Positions 11,581 to 23,077 of a stretch of DNA of 64,000 nucleotides are shown here, one piece after another. The notes beneath the pieces are model-generated. The model was not told the DNA's origin, ran no database searches, and saw only the letters and a list, made by a program, of their open reading frames with translations. The DNA comes from Macrostomum lignano (lineage: Eukaryota): assembly GCA_002269645.1 (NCBI GenBank), contig NIVC01002852.1, positions 36,072 through 100,071 of the forward strand. Reading direction: 5' to 3'. Position 1 is the first letter of the stretch. Every line of letters begins with the position of its first letter. The translations under genes were made by a program, and so were the position numbers.

Positions 11581-13484
11581 ATGCCAGTCGCGACTGTAGA
11601 AATCAGCAGCCAGCAGTCTCAGGAGTCCCAGCAGCCGTTCGCCATGGTCCACAATGACAGACGCGTGCGCAGGAAGCGTTCGAAAAAGTCGGCAGCTCAG
11701 GGCGCCGCCGCCAACAGCTGGGCGGCCAAAAGCAGCAAGGAGGCGCGTCGAGGCGACGAGGCCTGTGTTAGCGGCGCCGCAGGGCGGGACTTCCGCGCCT
11801 CGGGCGGTGACGAACTCGAAAACAACAACAATGTGGAGGAGAATGACAAGGGCAACAATAACAACAGTAGCAACAGCAGCAGCAATGGAGGAAGGAGCAA
11901 CAGCTGCAGTTCTGATGGCGAAAGCGAAGTGTGCAGCGAAAAGGACCAGCCGCTGCAGCATGATGAGGTAATGAAGTTCATCTATTCGTTGCTTATATGA
12001 ACGAGAACTCACTAATCTTCAGAGCGATTGCAATTCGTGGGCCACCCAACCGTCTTATTGCAGGGACTCGCTGAGCCTGTGAGCCTCACGGATGAGTCCA
12101 TTGCTCGTCTCATTGAGCTGCTAGCCAGGGAGCCGGATTATCACCCCAAGACTGACTTCTTGTTCCGGATCAACTCGGTGAGTTGTTTGCCAGCAGAAAA
12201 TTTTAATACAACTAGGATTAGGCAGCAATGTAACGCAATAGCCTAACTACTAATCTCAGGCTTCCGAAGACAAGGTGGACGCCAGGCTTCGCGACGAGGC
12301 GATTTACAACCTGCGCTTCCTGCACAAGTTTTACAACCTGTCGCCTGAGTGCTTCGCCCACGCCGTGAACATTGCTGATCGCTTCGTAGTGAAGGTCAAG
12401 GTGAGTTAAGATGCTTTTTACATAATAAAAGCTACATTTGGTTCGTTGGGAAACCAACTGTAGGGAGGGCAGCGATCGAATCTATAGAATGACGCTCTAA
12501 AAATATTTTATTCCAGGTTAAGCCAAAGTACATGGCCTGCTTGGCAACCGCTGCCTATCTGATAGCCGCCAAGATGATTGAGGACCAGAGCGTAAGCAAA
12601 TATTGATTGATTTATGGCCCACTGGTTTGTCTCCCTGTCCAAGATCTTAGTCGAGCTGATCCATCATTAATCACTGGGAAAAATTTGGGAATCTACTAAT
12701 TAGCGGCTCTAGTGAGTGAGTCAGTTAAGAAGGCGTTATCGAATCTGCTTCGGCGCATCAACAGAGCATCACATGAGACTCTTGAGTGCCAAAGGACTTG
12801 GGCAAAAAGATGTACATCGCCTCACTGCCACGATATTCCGCCAACAGGATTGGCCGGTGCCAGAGAAGCTGGTTTGCATGGCCAGGTGCGGCGGCTCAGC
12901 CAACGACCTGGAGCGCATGGAGGTCATCATCAGGAACAAGCTGCGCGACCAGCGCTGCTTGGAGGAGGCGGCCACTCCGCTTCACTTCCTGCTGGAGCTG
13001 CAGTCGCTTTTCCCCAGCGTCCAGGCCTTCCAGCGGGCCGTGGGCGAGCTGGAGACCAGCCTCTGCTCCGTGGCGGTCTACGAGCACCGACCGTGCGTGC
13101 TGGCGCTGGCCATCGCTCGGAAACACCTGCTGGCTGCCGCTGGGCCCGCGAACCGGAACGCTGTTGACGAGGTGCTGTCGCAGCTGTGCGATCTGTTTCA
13201 GGTGAGATCCAGTGCTGCAGTTCAGTGCAACACTGAATATCTGTAAGCCAGCTTAAGCCTGAATTTAAGCCTATTAAACCAGAGTTTTTCACCCCCACAC
13301 CCTTCAGTTGTCCTCAGACAGCCTGTCGGAAGTTGACGCAGCCATCAGTGGCATCGTGAGCCGCCTGCAGACGCGAACGCCGGCCCCACGCCTGCTTGTG
13401 TGGGCGGTCAGTCGCCGCACTCTGGTCAGCCTGATGCGGCCCTCCGCTCAGGCCTCGCTGTTGGACCCTATTCGAGAGGATTAA
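11581..13484 (+). CDS. CCNG: Cyclin G-like protein (~415 aa, 6 exons)
   Basis: Exons 11581-11967, 12064-12177, 12260-12400, 12517-12591, 12848-13201 and 13308-13484, all GT-AG and phase 0. Cyclin G motifs: RLIELLAREPDYHPK, AVNIADRFVVKVKVKPKYMACLATAAYLIAAK, DLERMEVII, ATPLHFL, RPCVLALA and the C-terminal LVWAVSRRTL...LDPIRED. The exon-1/exon-2 junction is the least certain part. Confidence 0.85.
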
Positions 13485-15129
13485 CCAATGGCGGATTAAC
13501 AAAGCTGCTTGGGAGACTGGGCGACAGAAAAGTAAGCGATGAGACGCGAGGAAGCGAGGACGGATTGGAGTGCCCTCTGCTTGAAACTGGACTGCGCGTG
13601 CGTCCTCTCCGTGTTAATTTTTGCTTGCAGTTTGCCTGCGTCTGCCCTCTGAAGAGTGCGCGTGCCCTCTTCTTGTGTGCACTGGTTCGGCTTTGCCTCA
13701 CCTGCTTGACTGGGTCGGGACGGACTCAGTGTCTTCTGTAAATTGATACTCGAGCCAGGGCGATGGAATACAGAGAAGGGTAGGAGGTCGGAGACGGAGA
13801 CGCTACATGGAGCTTGCAGAAGAGGCAGAGCTCGATCCAGTGCAGTCTGTCTGTGTGTGAATATTAGCAGTACTGTTCAACTATTATATACTCCATACTT
13901 ATTTATTCATTTATTCCTAATTATGTTTTAGTTATGAACCAGACACCCGCTGCAGCTCCCACGCTGCAAATCTGAATGCGTCGTTCATTCTCTTCTAGAG
14001 TGTGTTATTGAATATTTATGTATCTATCTGAAGTCGCCCGCTTAGACCCAGTCTGCACACTTAGTGATAATTATTTATTTGCACTGTAACCGAACTGTGT
14101 GAAAGCAATAGCGAGTTCTGCTTCATGAGGTCCATCGGAATTTTCACATTTTCCATCTGCTTTATATATTCCATCGGAGCCCCACGTCGATGAACCCCAA
14201 GTGAATTCAATACCTTCAGCGCCCCTCCCAGTAACTTTTATCCTATTTTGGAGTGCAGTAGTTGCGAGCGCATCACTTGGCTTTGTGAAGTGTTGATGTT
14301 TACACAGTTCGCATCTGCTCCATCGGTCGCTTCTCTGGCCACCTGATAGGCGCGAACACATTTAATTCTCATCCGTTACCATCGATTTGCAGCATTGAAG
14401 ATACCAGTGCAATTTTTGTTTAGGTAATCGCGGATGCGCGCATATTTTTATACTTTGTCGGTATTTGCAGGCCTTTGTTTACCATTCTCACTCCTTTTTG
14501 CTGTCGATTGTTCTTTCAAGTTTTAAGCATAAAAAGTCAGGTCAGCCATTGCTCTTTCCTTTGATTTGTCAGTGTTTTGTATTCGAATAACCGGAAGGTA
14601 TTCGCGGCACTTTTGACCCTACTGTACGAGTCCTAGTTTTGGCCGGCCGGAGGAGCAGGAGTGACAGCTAAATCATTTTTGTATTATAGTTAAAAAACAC
14701 CGCAACCTAATCACATTGGCAGCCAATATTAATATGGAGAGATACAGTTTTAAGCACAACTATGCTCCTTAGCTATATAAATATTGTTAGTTTCAAACAA
14801 TGTAGATTCTAAGTTGTTTTTATAGCCATTTATTCACATGCTGTCCTTGTTGACTCACTTATCGTCCGTGTAAATAACTAATTGTAAAAAGCAAACAAAA
14901 ATTGTAAATGTTGTGTACATAAAAACTCAGATTATGCTTCTATATTTTTGCTAGCGCTTGCCCGCGAAGTGAAACTGATTACAAATAAGTTACTGAAGGT
15001 TAAAAACTGTCAAAAAAGTTCCTAGAAGCTCGCGTGGCAAGCGCCGGCGGTTCCGCTTGATTTTGTACCTAACTGTGAAATCTCCCTGATGCTGCAGCAG
15101 CGTTCCCGATGAATTGCCATTGATTTTAC

Positions 15130-15400
15130 ACGCTAAGCTGTGCGTTGCGTCCCCCGCGCTGTCAGCCCCCCTTCCACCAAAATATGATAAGCTGCTGACT
15201 GCAGCAGGGTGCCGCAACCCGCATGCTCTGGGTCCATTCTGCCCGACACGTGGCGCTGCAAGTTCGAGAGCTTTGGCGCATTTTGTAATGTTAGCGATCT
15301 GACAGACAGCTGCAGAGCCCCCCGACAGACCCATATCCCATCCACAGTCTTGCTGAGTATTAAATTTGTTGACGCTATTTTTCTACGGATTTTCATCAGT
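15130..15400 (-). mobile_element. Possible decayed BED-finger (hAT-type transposase) remnant
   Basis: Two overlapping minus frames give AAVCQIANITKCAK and LSNLQRHVSGRMDPE. Together they resemble the C-x-x-C...SNL-x-RH...HPE BED finger, but a frameshift is required. Confidence 0.25.
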
Positions 15401-16642
15401 TTCTCATGAAAGCCTACCGCAAAAGTTTATTGTTGTCCTTCCGTTTTCGCGCACGCCGCAAACGCAAAGCACTACTTTTCAACTTGGGTTCTAAATAAGG
15501 AAAATTGAAAAAAAGTCAAAATCAATAGACAAAAGCACAAAAAGAAACTTTGCTTGTTAAATGTTGCTATATATATAGCCGTTTCCCGAATCCCACTTCT
15601 ATTTGTAACACCAATTGTTATTCACAAATTAAGTAATGAAAAATTCTGGTTATAAAATCAAAAATAAAAAAGTTTCATTTTAATATTCGTTTTATTGTGA
15701 TATTCATAAATTATTACCGACAGGTTGGTCAACACAAGTCTGTCACAAATTTTCTTGTCATTCGAGTTATTCATTTTTCAAGACGTCAATCATGGGCAAT
15801 CAGCAACTCCTTCATGAATCCAAGCAACCCAGTTATCAGTCAGTTAGAGATCATTTACAGAAATATATCACACCAAAAAGGTAGGCATGGGACAAATATG
15901 AGCTTCAAACCAATGGGAAATTTCCCGCACAATCTTAGGCCGTGTAAGACCAGAGGGAAAATACTCTGCGAGTTTTCGCCATAAGAAAACAGAAAACTCG
16001 GTCAGGAGGCTCCGGGCGTGCCCTTCGCATTGCTTCCCATTCTGTCTTCCCCAATCCAAATAAGGAAATGAGCAAACTATGTCCGCAGAGGGCACGAGGT
16101 GGGGAATTAGAAAAACAGCCCTAGCCCCGGCCCACAAAGCCAGCGCTTATCAGCCCCAAGGTTGGGCCGCGGAAAAGGTGTAGAAAATCTGGCGCGTGAG
16201 ATTTCTGCCTACTGTCAGAAAAGTGCAGCTCAGCATGCGCTGCGGGCTTGTCAACAGCGGGTCCGCAATCAAATAATAGTGAACTCTGCACAGTGCGAGT
16301 GCGAGCGCAAGAGGGCACCTGAACTTCAGTGTGCAGCACTCGGCCCTACACAGCGAGTGCTCAGGCAGCCTGCCTGTTCTGCTTGTTAAATCCACAGGGT
16401 CTCGCCGTAACAAGGGCGGGGAGACCCTTTCCTGATACTGCGGATTGGCGGCTAATCACAAGGCAAAGCAGAGCCACAACGCAATCATAATCCGTTGCTA
16501 ATCAGGCTTGCTAGATGGGGCAGGTGCGACTTATTTGAGGAGGGTGAGAAATAAAAGCTGCGCTGGTTTTCAGGAGTCTTTGCTGCGAAATCCCCAGAGA
16601 TCCTGCAGATCTGCACTTACCTACCTGCCTGCTTCCTTTATT

Positions 16643-16681
16643 TATCTGTCTACCTATCTATCTATCTATCTATCTATCTAG

Positions 16682-16734
<53 letters not shown>

Positions 16735-16772
16735 GTCTATCTATCTATCTACCTATCTATCTATCTATCTAC

Positions 16773-16827
<55 letters not shown>

Positions 16828-16830
16828 GTG

Positions 16831-16893
<63 letters not shown>

Positions 16894-16894
16894 G

Positions 16895-16933
<39 letters not shown>

Positions 16934-16934
16934 G

Positions 16935-16996
<62 letters not shown>

Positions 16997-17001
16997 GATC
17001 G

Positions 17002-17057
<56 letters not shown>

Positions 17058-17078
17058 GTCTATCTATCTATCTATCTA
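16643..17078. repeat. (TATC)n microsatellite
   Basis: Tetranucleotide array with occasional TGTC/TACC variants. Confidence 0.98.
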
Positions 17079-18007
17079 CATTCTGTTGATCATCCTTTAT
17101 AAATGTTCAAAAATTTACCCAACATGAAATAATATATCAATTTTTCCTATTGACTACCCAGATTATTTGATGAATAAAAAGCACTTCGAATTCAATCTGT
17201 CAATCGAAGAGTATCAGAATTCAAAGCTAAGACATTAGTAAGATTTTACTGCCAGTAGCAGATTTAGCTAACACGACTCCCATAGAGCCGAAGCACTTTA
17301 AAGTGAGAAAAGTTACCGAGAAGCCTGACTGACAGCAATTTCAAGTTCACAATAGCGATCAAAGGGAACTGTCAATCCAAGTGCACAAAATCAGTTCTTT
17401 TTATATATATTTCCGCATCAAGATTCCTTCTGAGCAGCAATCAGGCAAAAAATTGCAAAGTAAGAAAGTTATAAAACGCCAAAATTAGACCAGAGGGTTA
17501 AAAGATGAAATATTAACACCATGACATACTACTAATAGTAATCGCGAGATTCCAAGCTCAGAGTGCCACTCTAAAATGCATCAAGACGCTGCACTAAGTA
17601 GATACGCACACTTTTGGCTGCAATTTGGCTGATGCAGTGAAGAGCAACGAAACAAATTGAATAATAAATCATCATTTACAATAGACATATGCTAATAGTT
17701 TAATTAATAATTAATTAAATAATTAATTAAAAATAACATGAACGCCATAAACTATAGAGCTATACAGATATAAAAAATCATTACACACAGATTTTGGTAA
17801 GCACAAATTTTATTGAAACTCAAAAAACATTTAGCATTGGAACTCTTAATATGGTGTCTTCGCGATACTTGCTGCCTCAGTACACCTGTCTCTCTAGCTA
17901 AGCCACCAAACTACCTGTCTATCCACTAAACCACCCATCTGCTCATTAAAATACTAAGCATATATTTGTATGTTTCTACATGTTATGTTACCTGTGTACC
18001 AGCTAAC

Positions 18008-18431
18008 CTACCTGTCTACCCATTAAACTACCTGTCTACCCATTAAACTACCTGTCTACCCATTGAACTACCTGTCTACCCATTGAACTACCTGTCTACC
18101 CATTGAACTACCTGTCTACTCATTGAACTACCTGTCTACCCATTGAACTATCTGTCTACCCATTAAACTACATGTCTACCCATTAAACTACATGTCTACC
18201 CATTAAACTACCTGTCTACCCATTAAACTACCTGTCTACCCATTGAACTACCTGTCTACCCATTGAACTACCTGTCTACCCACTGAACTACCTGTCTACC
18301 CATTAAACTACCTGTCTACCCACTGAACTACCTGTCTACCCATTGAACTACCTGTCTACCCATTGAACTACCTGTCTACCCACTGAACTACCTGTCTACC
18401 TACTAAACTACCTGTCTACCAATTAAACTAC
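18008..18431. repeat. 20-bp minisatellite (ctacctgtctacccattgaa)n, ~21 copies
   Basis: Tandem units with variant endings (ttaaa/ttgaa/ctgaa). It lies ~180 bp downstream of the GSKIP stop codon. Confidence 0.93.
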
Positions 18432-18608
18432 CATTACCCATCAAACCTACCAAACCAATTTATCCATCATACTACATGCCTACTCATTCAACTACCTGTC
18501 GGTCTACACTTTTAAACCACTTGTTTCCTCAACAAACTACCTACGAATGCGGAGCAATCTAAGTACCTGTCTAACCTGTTCAACTTGCCAGGCGCAACTG
18601 TCAATCAA

Positions 18609-18956
18609 TCAATTTTTGTCAGCATCCGCAGCCGCAGTCAGGTCCAGCAGGCGGGCAGACAGCGCCCCGCTGAAGGCGCTCCTGAAGCCCTCGCTGAGGT
18701 CGCTAAGCAGGGCGTAGACAGTCTCGTAGCAGGCAGGCGCCGGGGTGTCCTGGCAGTCCGGCTGGTCGGACACCACCCGGAAGCCCTCCTCGCCGATTCG
18801 CACGCACATCCGGCGACCCTCCAGCGTCACGATGTTCAAGAAGGCCTCCGAGCCGCCGGCTGGCAGAGCGGACGACATTTCAATGCTGGACACCGCGAAG
18901 GCGACCTCGCGAACAGCGGCCTGGGCCTCGTCAAGGCAGCTTTTCACGTCGCTCAT
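18609..18956 (-). CDS. GSKIP: GSK3-beta interaction protein (DUF727 family), 115 aa, single coding exon
   Basis: MSDVKSCLDEAQAAVREVAFAVSSIEMSSALP...AFLNIVTLEGRRMCVRIGEEGFRVV...YETVYALLSDLSEGFRSAFSGALSARL matches the GSKIP pattern. A splice acceptor (tctcttcag) lies 3 nt before the ATG at 18956. Confidence 0.9.
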   Translation of the reverse strand: MSDVKSCLDEAQAAVREVAFAVSSIEMSSALPAGGSEAFLNIVTLEGRRMCVRIGEEGFRVVSDQPDCQDTPAPACYETVYALLSDLSEGFRSAFSGALSARLLDLTAAADADKN

Positions 18957-21900
18957 TGGCTGAAGAGATTTGTGAGAAGTAATCAACTTTTTGCTAACAT
19001 TTATGAACTTCTTTACCCTCACAATATCCCCTACAATTCAGGTGTGGGCAAACTCCAGCCCGCCCTCTCTATCTGGCCCTTGGTGTCCTTGGGCAATTTA
19101 GAATGGCAATCCGGCCTGCTCAAGGTTTGTCTCTTCTTAGTTATCTCCTCTCCTCTCTTACTCTCTTATCTTCTCTCATCTCCTCTACTCCCTGCTATCT
19201 CCATCTCCTATCTTTTCACTCATCTCTTCTCTCCTAGCCTCTCTCATCTCACCTCTCACCTCTCCTCTGTCATCTCTCAAGTTGGGAGGAGGGGTTGGCC
19301 TTGAATTGCAGCAACTTTTGTGCACCTCTCCATAAGATTGCATGGTTATATTACAAGCTTTATTCAATGCATAAAGTAAAAAAATTAAATTGAAAACTTG
19401 CATTTGAAAAGTTTTGTTTTCTGCTTTGCTAATTCATTTCATATTGCAAGTGGTTAAATGTAAAAGAAAAAAAAATAGTGGCGGATCTAGAGTTTCATTT
19501 GGGGGGGGCAGTCCAAGTTTGGGGCGCCAACACGAGTGTAAAGGGCGCTAAATTTTAAGCTAAGGGGCACAAAAAATGCATATAAGGGGCAAAAAATCAA
19601 GCTTAGGGGCACAAGAAATGCATTTGGGGGCGAAAAATCAAGCTTAAGGGTGCAAAAAAGGCATTTGGGGACAAAGAATCAAGTTTAGAGGATGCAAATT
19701 TAGGTTTTTAGGGGGCACAATATGTTTGTCTTGAAGCTATTTAGAGGGGGGGGGGCGGGCAGTAAAATATAAATATTATTTTTATATAATATTTATAAAA
19801 ATATTATAAAACTTTTTTATATTTTGTATTCTAATTTTCCACATTTTTATAGAAAGGCCAAATATTAATTTCCTTGATTATTTAATACAATTCTATAAAT
19901 ATAAATAAATATAAAATATAATAAATTGTATTCATTATCTAATATAGATAAGATAAGAATTAAAAATAGCTTATTATTATATCCATTGGCTTTGCATATT
20001 AATAATGATGTTTTATGCTATAGCTAACTATTTTTGTTTAATTTAAAAAATACAAAAGCTCCTATTATTTTTAAATGTCATATTTTTAATTAGCTATTTC
20101 TATAAAAAAGATGACAGTTTTTTCCTGTTTCAATTTATTGAAAGCTAATATAATTACAAAAAGCTTTTTCTCTAGACCCAGGCTAGGCCCCTACATGCGC
20201 AACCTCGAAAATTCGGTCGGCCGTTTGACTTAGTTTTAACAAAAATGCGACATAGTTTTTGGCCAAAAATGCGACTTACATGTAAAAAACCCTAAAGCAA
20301 AATTATTGCAACTTTGGGTAAACGGCAGAAGTAACTAAGACTGTCTTACTAAGCCAGAATCAGAATGCCTTGTCAGCTACTTAGTACTACTACTTGGGTA
20401 TTTCTTGGGTGGGCATTTTTGCGACTTTCTTGGTTGGCCGCCAAATCGGTCGGCTGGATCGGCCGACTGTTGTGCATGTATGCCTAGGCCTATGTTTAAA
20501 AAAATACTGGCATTACTAGCAGCAATGCACTAAAACTAGTAAAAGTCAAAGCTTTTTTTCAATATTTATATTAAATGAAAGTTCAGTATTTTAACTATGT
20601 CTTATGATTATGAAGAAAAAATATTTATAAAAAACTATATTTTTACAATTATTGATTCGTTTTCTTACATTTCGAATAATGCATTTTTGAATAAATATGC
20701 ATAATTTGAAATCCACATAAAGCCTTTGTAAAGAACTTTTACCTAGTAAGCAGTAACCCAGACACAATGAGTCAATCAATGACAAGTCAAATGCCCACTA
20801 TCTTATCTGGTTGTCAGTTTGACATGACCTTTGATAGAAAAAATGCAATTCGATCCATTGGGCAGTCTGCAAGCTGCTGCAAGAAAGAATTGAATGAATG
20901 TTTCTTGGAAAGCACATTTGAAAACACAGCATATTGATTGGATAAAACAAACTCAATTAAAAAGGAAAGCTAATATGGTATACAATAACTAATACTATTT
21001 TTCAGAGATTTAGTAAGGTTATAAGAAATTTTTTTCTTTGTCACAGAATTTAACTATATTGTCGCCAAATTTGCTTTCGCCGAATTTGACCACGATAAAT
21101 CTTTCTCGCCAATTTTTTTTGTCGCCGAATTGGTCAGCAGCCGATCAAATGAAACTAAACTTATTTTCTATCGTGACTAATCGTTTTCTTGCACCTTTCT
21201 ACGTACTTCGTTTTCTCACACTCTGGACTCAGCCTATAGCTAGCTTTGCTTTTTTGCTTTGCCATTCGTGTAAATTATTAAATTTTCAGTAAACAAAATA
21301 TAGATTTATTTCATATAAAATATGCCAATATTCATCATATATCTTTACCACAACTGTCGATTGCAACCATTTTTGTTTATCTTCGACAGTTACTTTGTCG
21401 CTTCCTATCTACCTGTTTTCCACATGCATGTGTACATGTACAGTGTATGTGCGCCATTGAAAAGACAATTACAGAAAATGTATTTCCCATCGGGCATTGT
21501 GCCGATCTTGGCCAACCAAAGTCATGCCCCAGCTGGTGGTCTAGCCATGATCTATAGAACATGTGTGCAGATACTCGTACAACGGATGTCGCTAGGTATA
21601 GTAGCTCACGCCATTATAATATTGTCAGATTCGAGATTATCTCCAAACCATTCAACCAAGGAACACTAGTGTATAGCCAGTTGTCCTTGCATTCAACAGC
21701 AAAGGGAGCGATCGACAGTCAGGTTCGACAAACGCTGCCACCAATTCAAAGGACGACAAGCAAGGCGCACTTTGTCCATATACGAAGTACTATAGCTGGA
21801 GTTGGAGTAGTGTGGCTAAAGAAGCCGCGAGACCCGTATATTTAACTTTCTACATTACATATATAAAGGAGGATCCCCCACAATGTTCGAGCCCAGTTTC

Positions 21901-22223
21901 TAGACAAATACATGTACATGTAAATAGTCTCTTTAGCACTTTAATTGAAACTTAATCTAAACTAGCGTATAACTGCACGGCTGCACATAGCCAGTGTTCA
22001 CAATCATAATAAAAGGTGTTTGGTCTCGAAGGTACAACATTTGAAGTTATTACTGAAGCTAATAAAATTTAAAATTAATGTAACACAGGATTTTGTAAAT
22101 TAGGAACAAGCCAATGTTTTTTAGAGACTGAAAAATCACATATTTAGTGACTATCATAAGGATTAACAGAAAACACAACCAAGTTGATCGCAGCGCAACG
22201 TACGAGCTGAATCATCAGGACTT

Positions 22224-23077
22224 CTAGCCACGGACAACGAACTTCCCACCATCAAAGCCGACCAGCTCCTGCGGCAGAGCCGGCAGTTTTAGCAGGTAGC
22301 AGGTGCCCAGGTGGAACAGGACAGCCTGGCAGCTTGCGTCGCAACCCAGCAGGCAGTCGATGAGGCTTCTGGCCGGCTGCAAGGTGCTGTAGAAGGGCCC
22401 GCCAGATGAGGTCGGGTTCAGGTAGACGCGGGGAGTTTCGACGAATTTGTTGCCGACTGCAATGAGCAAAACGCAGTTCAGTGCAGTTGATTTTCAATGT
22501 TTGGCTTAGGGAAACAAAGAAGACTAAAATGGCCATTAGGTGATATAGAGTAAAGCGATCGTGAAGTGACATTAACTTGATACTCGGTACTCGATACCGT
22601 CAGTCAGTGTCGGTAGTCCTATAGAGGAACACTAAACCCTAAATCCATCAAATCCCTCAGCCACAATAGTTGCCGCTGCTCACTTGGACGGGGGTAAAAG
22701 TTCTGGTAAACCGAATTTCGGCTTCCCGAGCCGCAGATCTGGCCAGCGTTGCCAGCGCAGTTCATGTTGCAGTCGCTCACTGGAGCACCGCCCTGACTGC
22801 CGTACGAGTTTCCGCAGAAGCAGTGGCTGCTGTATTGCGCACCGAAGTACTTGAAGTTGCCCAGCTCGCAGATCTGGCTGCACAGCTGCAGTGTCATGTC
22901 GGCCCTGTTCACGCCTTTTGCAGCTACCGCGTAGGGCCCGATGGAGGACATGCCGTCCAGTCCGCCGAGGTCCCTGGCGCCCCCCGTGAAATCCCTGTAG
23001 CAGCCGACAAAGACGAACTCAGCCGCCCAGCAGAGCCGAGCGCACAGCAGCATCAGCAGAGGGCCTGCGAGGTACAT
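22224..23077 (-). CDS. Secreted WSC-domain + PAN/apple-like protein, paralog A (208 aa, 2 exons)
   Basis: Exons 23077-22684 and 22456-22224 with a phase-1 GT-AG intron. Hydrophobic N-terminus. WSC motif FVGCY..D...MTLQLCSQIC..GNFKYFGAQYSSHCFCG...CNMNCAGNAGQICGSGSRNSVY. The second exon has DCLLGCDASCQAVLFHLGTCYLL. Confidence 0.85.

Noticed and set aside
11413-12012. 199-aa antisense ORF over cyclin G exon 1; similar antisense/shifted ORFs over the 44355-44977 exon, WSC and CK1 exons
   Set aside because: These are typical shadow ORFs of GC-rich coding sequence with no independent features.
12716-12847. N-terminal part of ORF 12716..13246 as coding
   Set aside because: Cyclin homology and splice phase place the acceptor at 12846-12847, so the upstream part is intron 4.
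18957-19022. GTG-initiated N-terminal extension of GSKIP
   Set aside because: A splice acceptor lies just upstream of ATG 18956, and the extension has no GSKIP-like character.
19487-19755. hAT-like MITE starting tagtggcggatctag
   Set aside because: Only one plausible terminus is visible and I found no matching TIR or TSD.
20180-20492. Degenerate inverted repeats (ctaggcccctacatgcgcaac / gttgtgcatgtatgcctag) suggesting a MITE
   Set aside because: There are too many mismatches and no TSD to call it from sequence alone.
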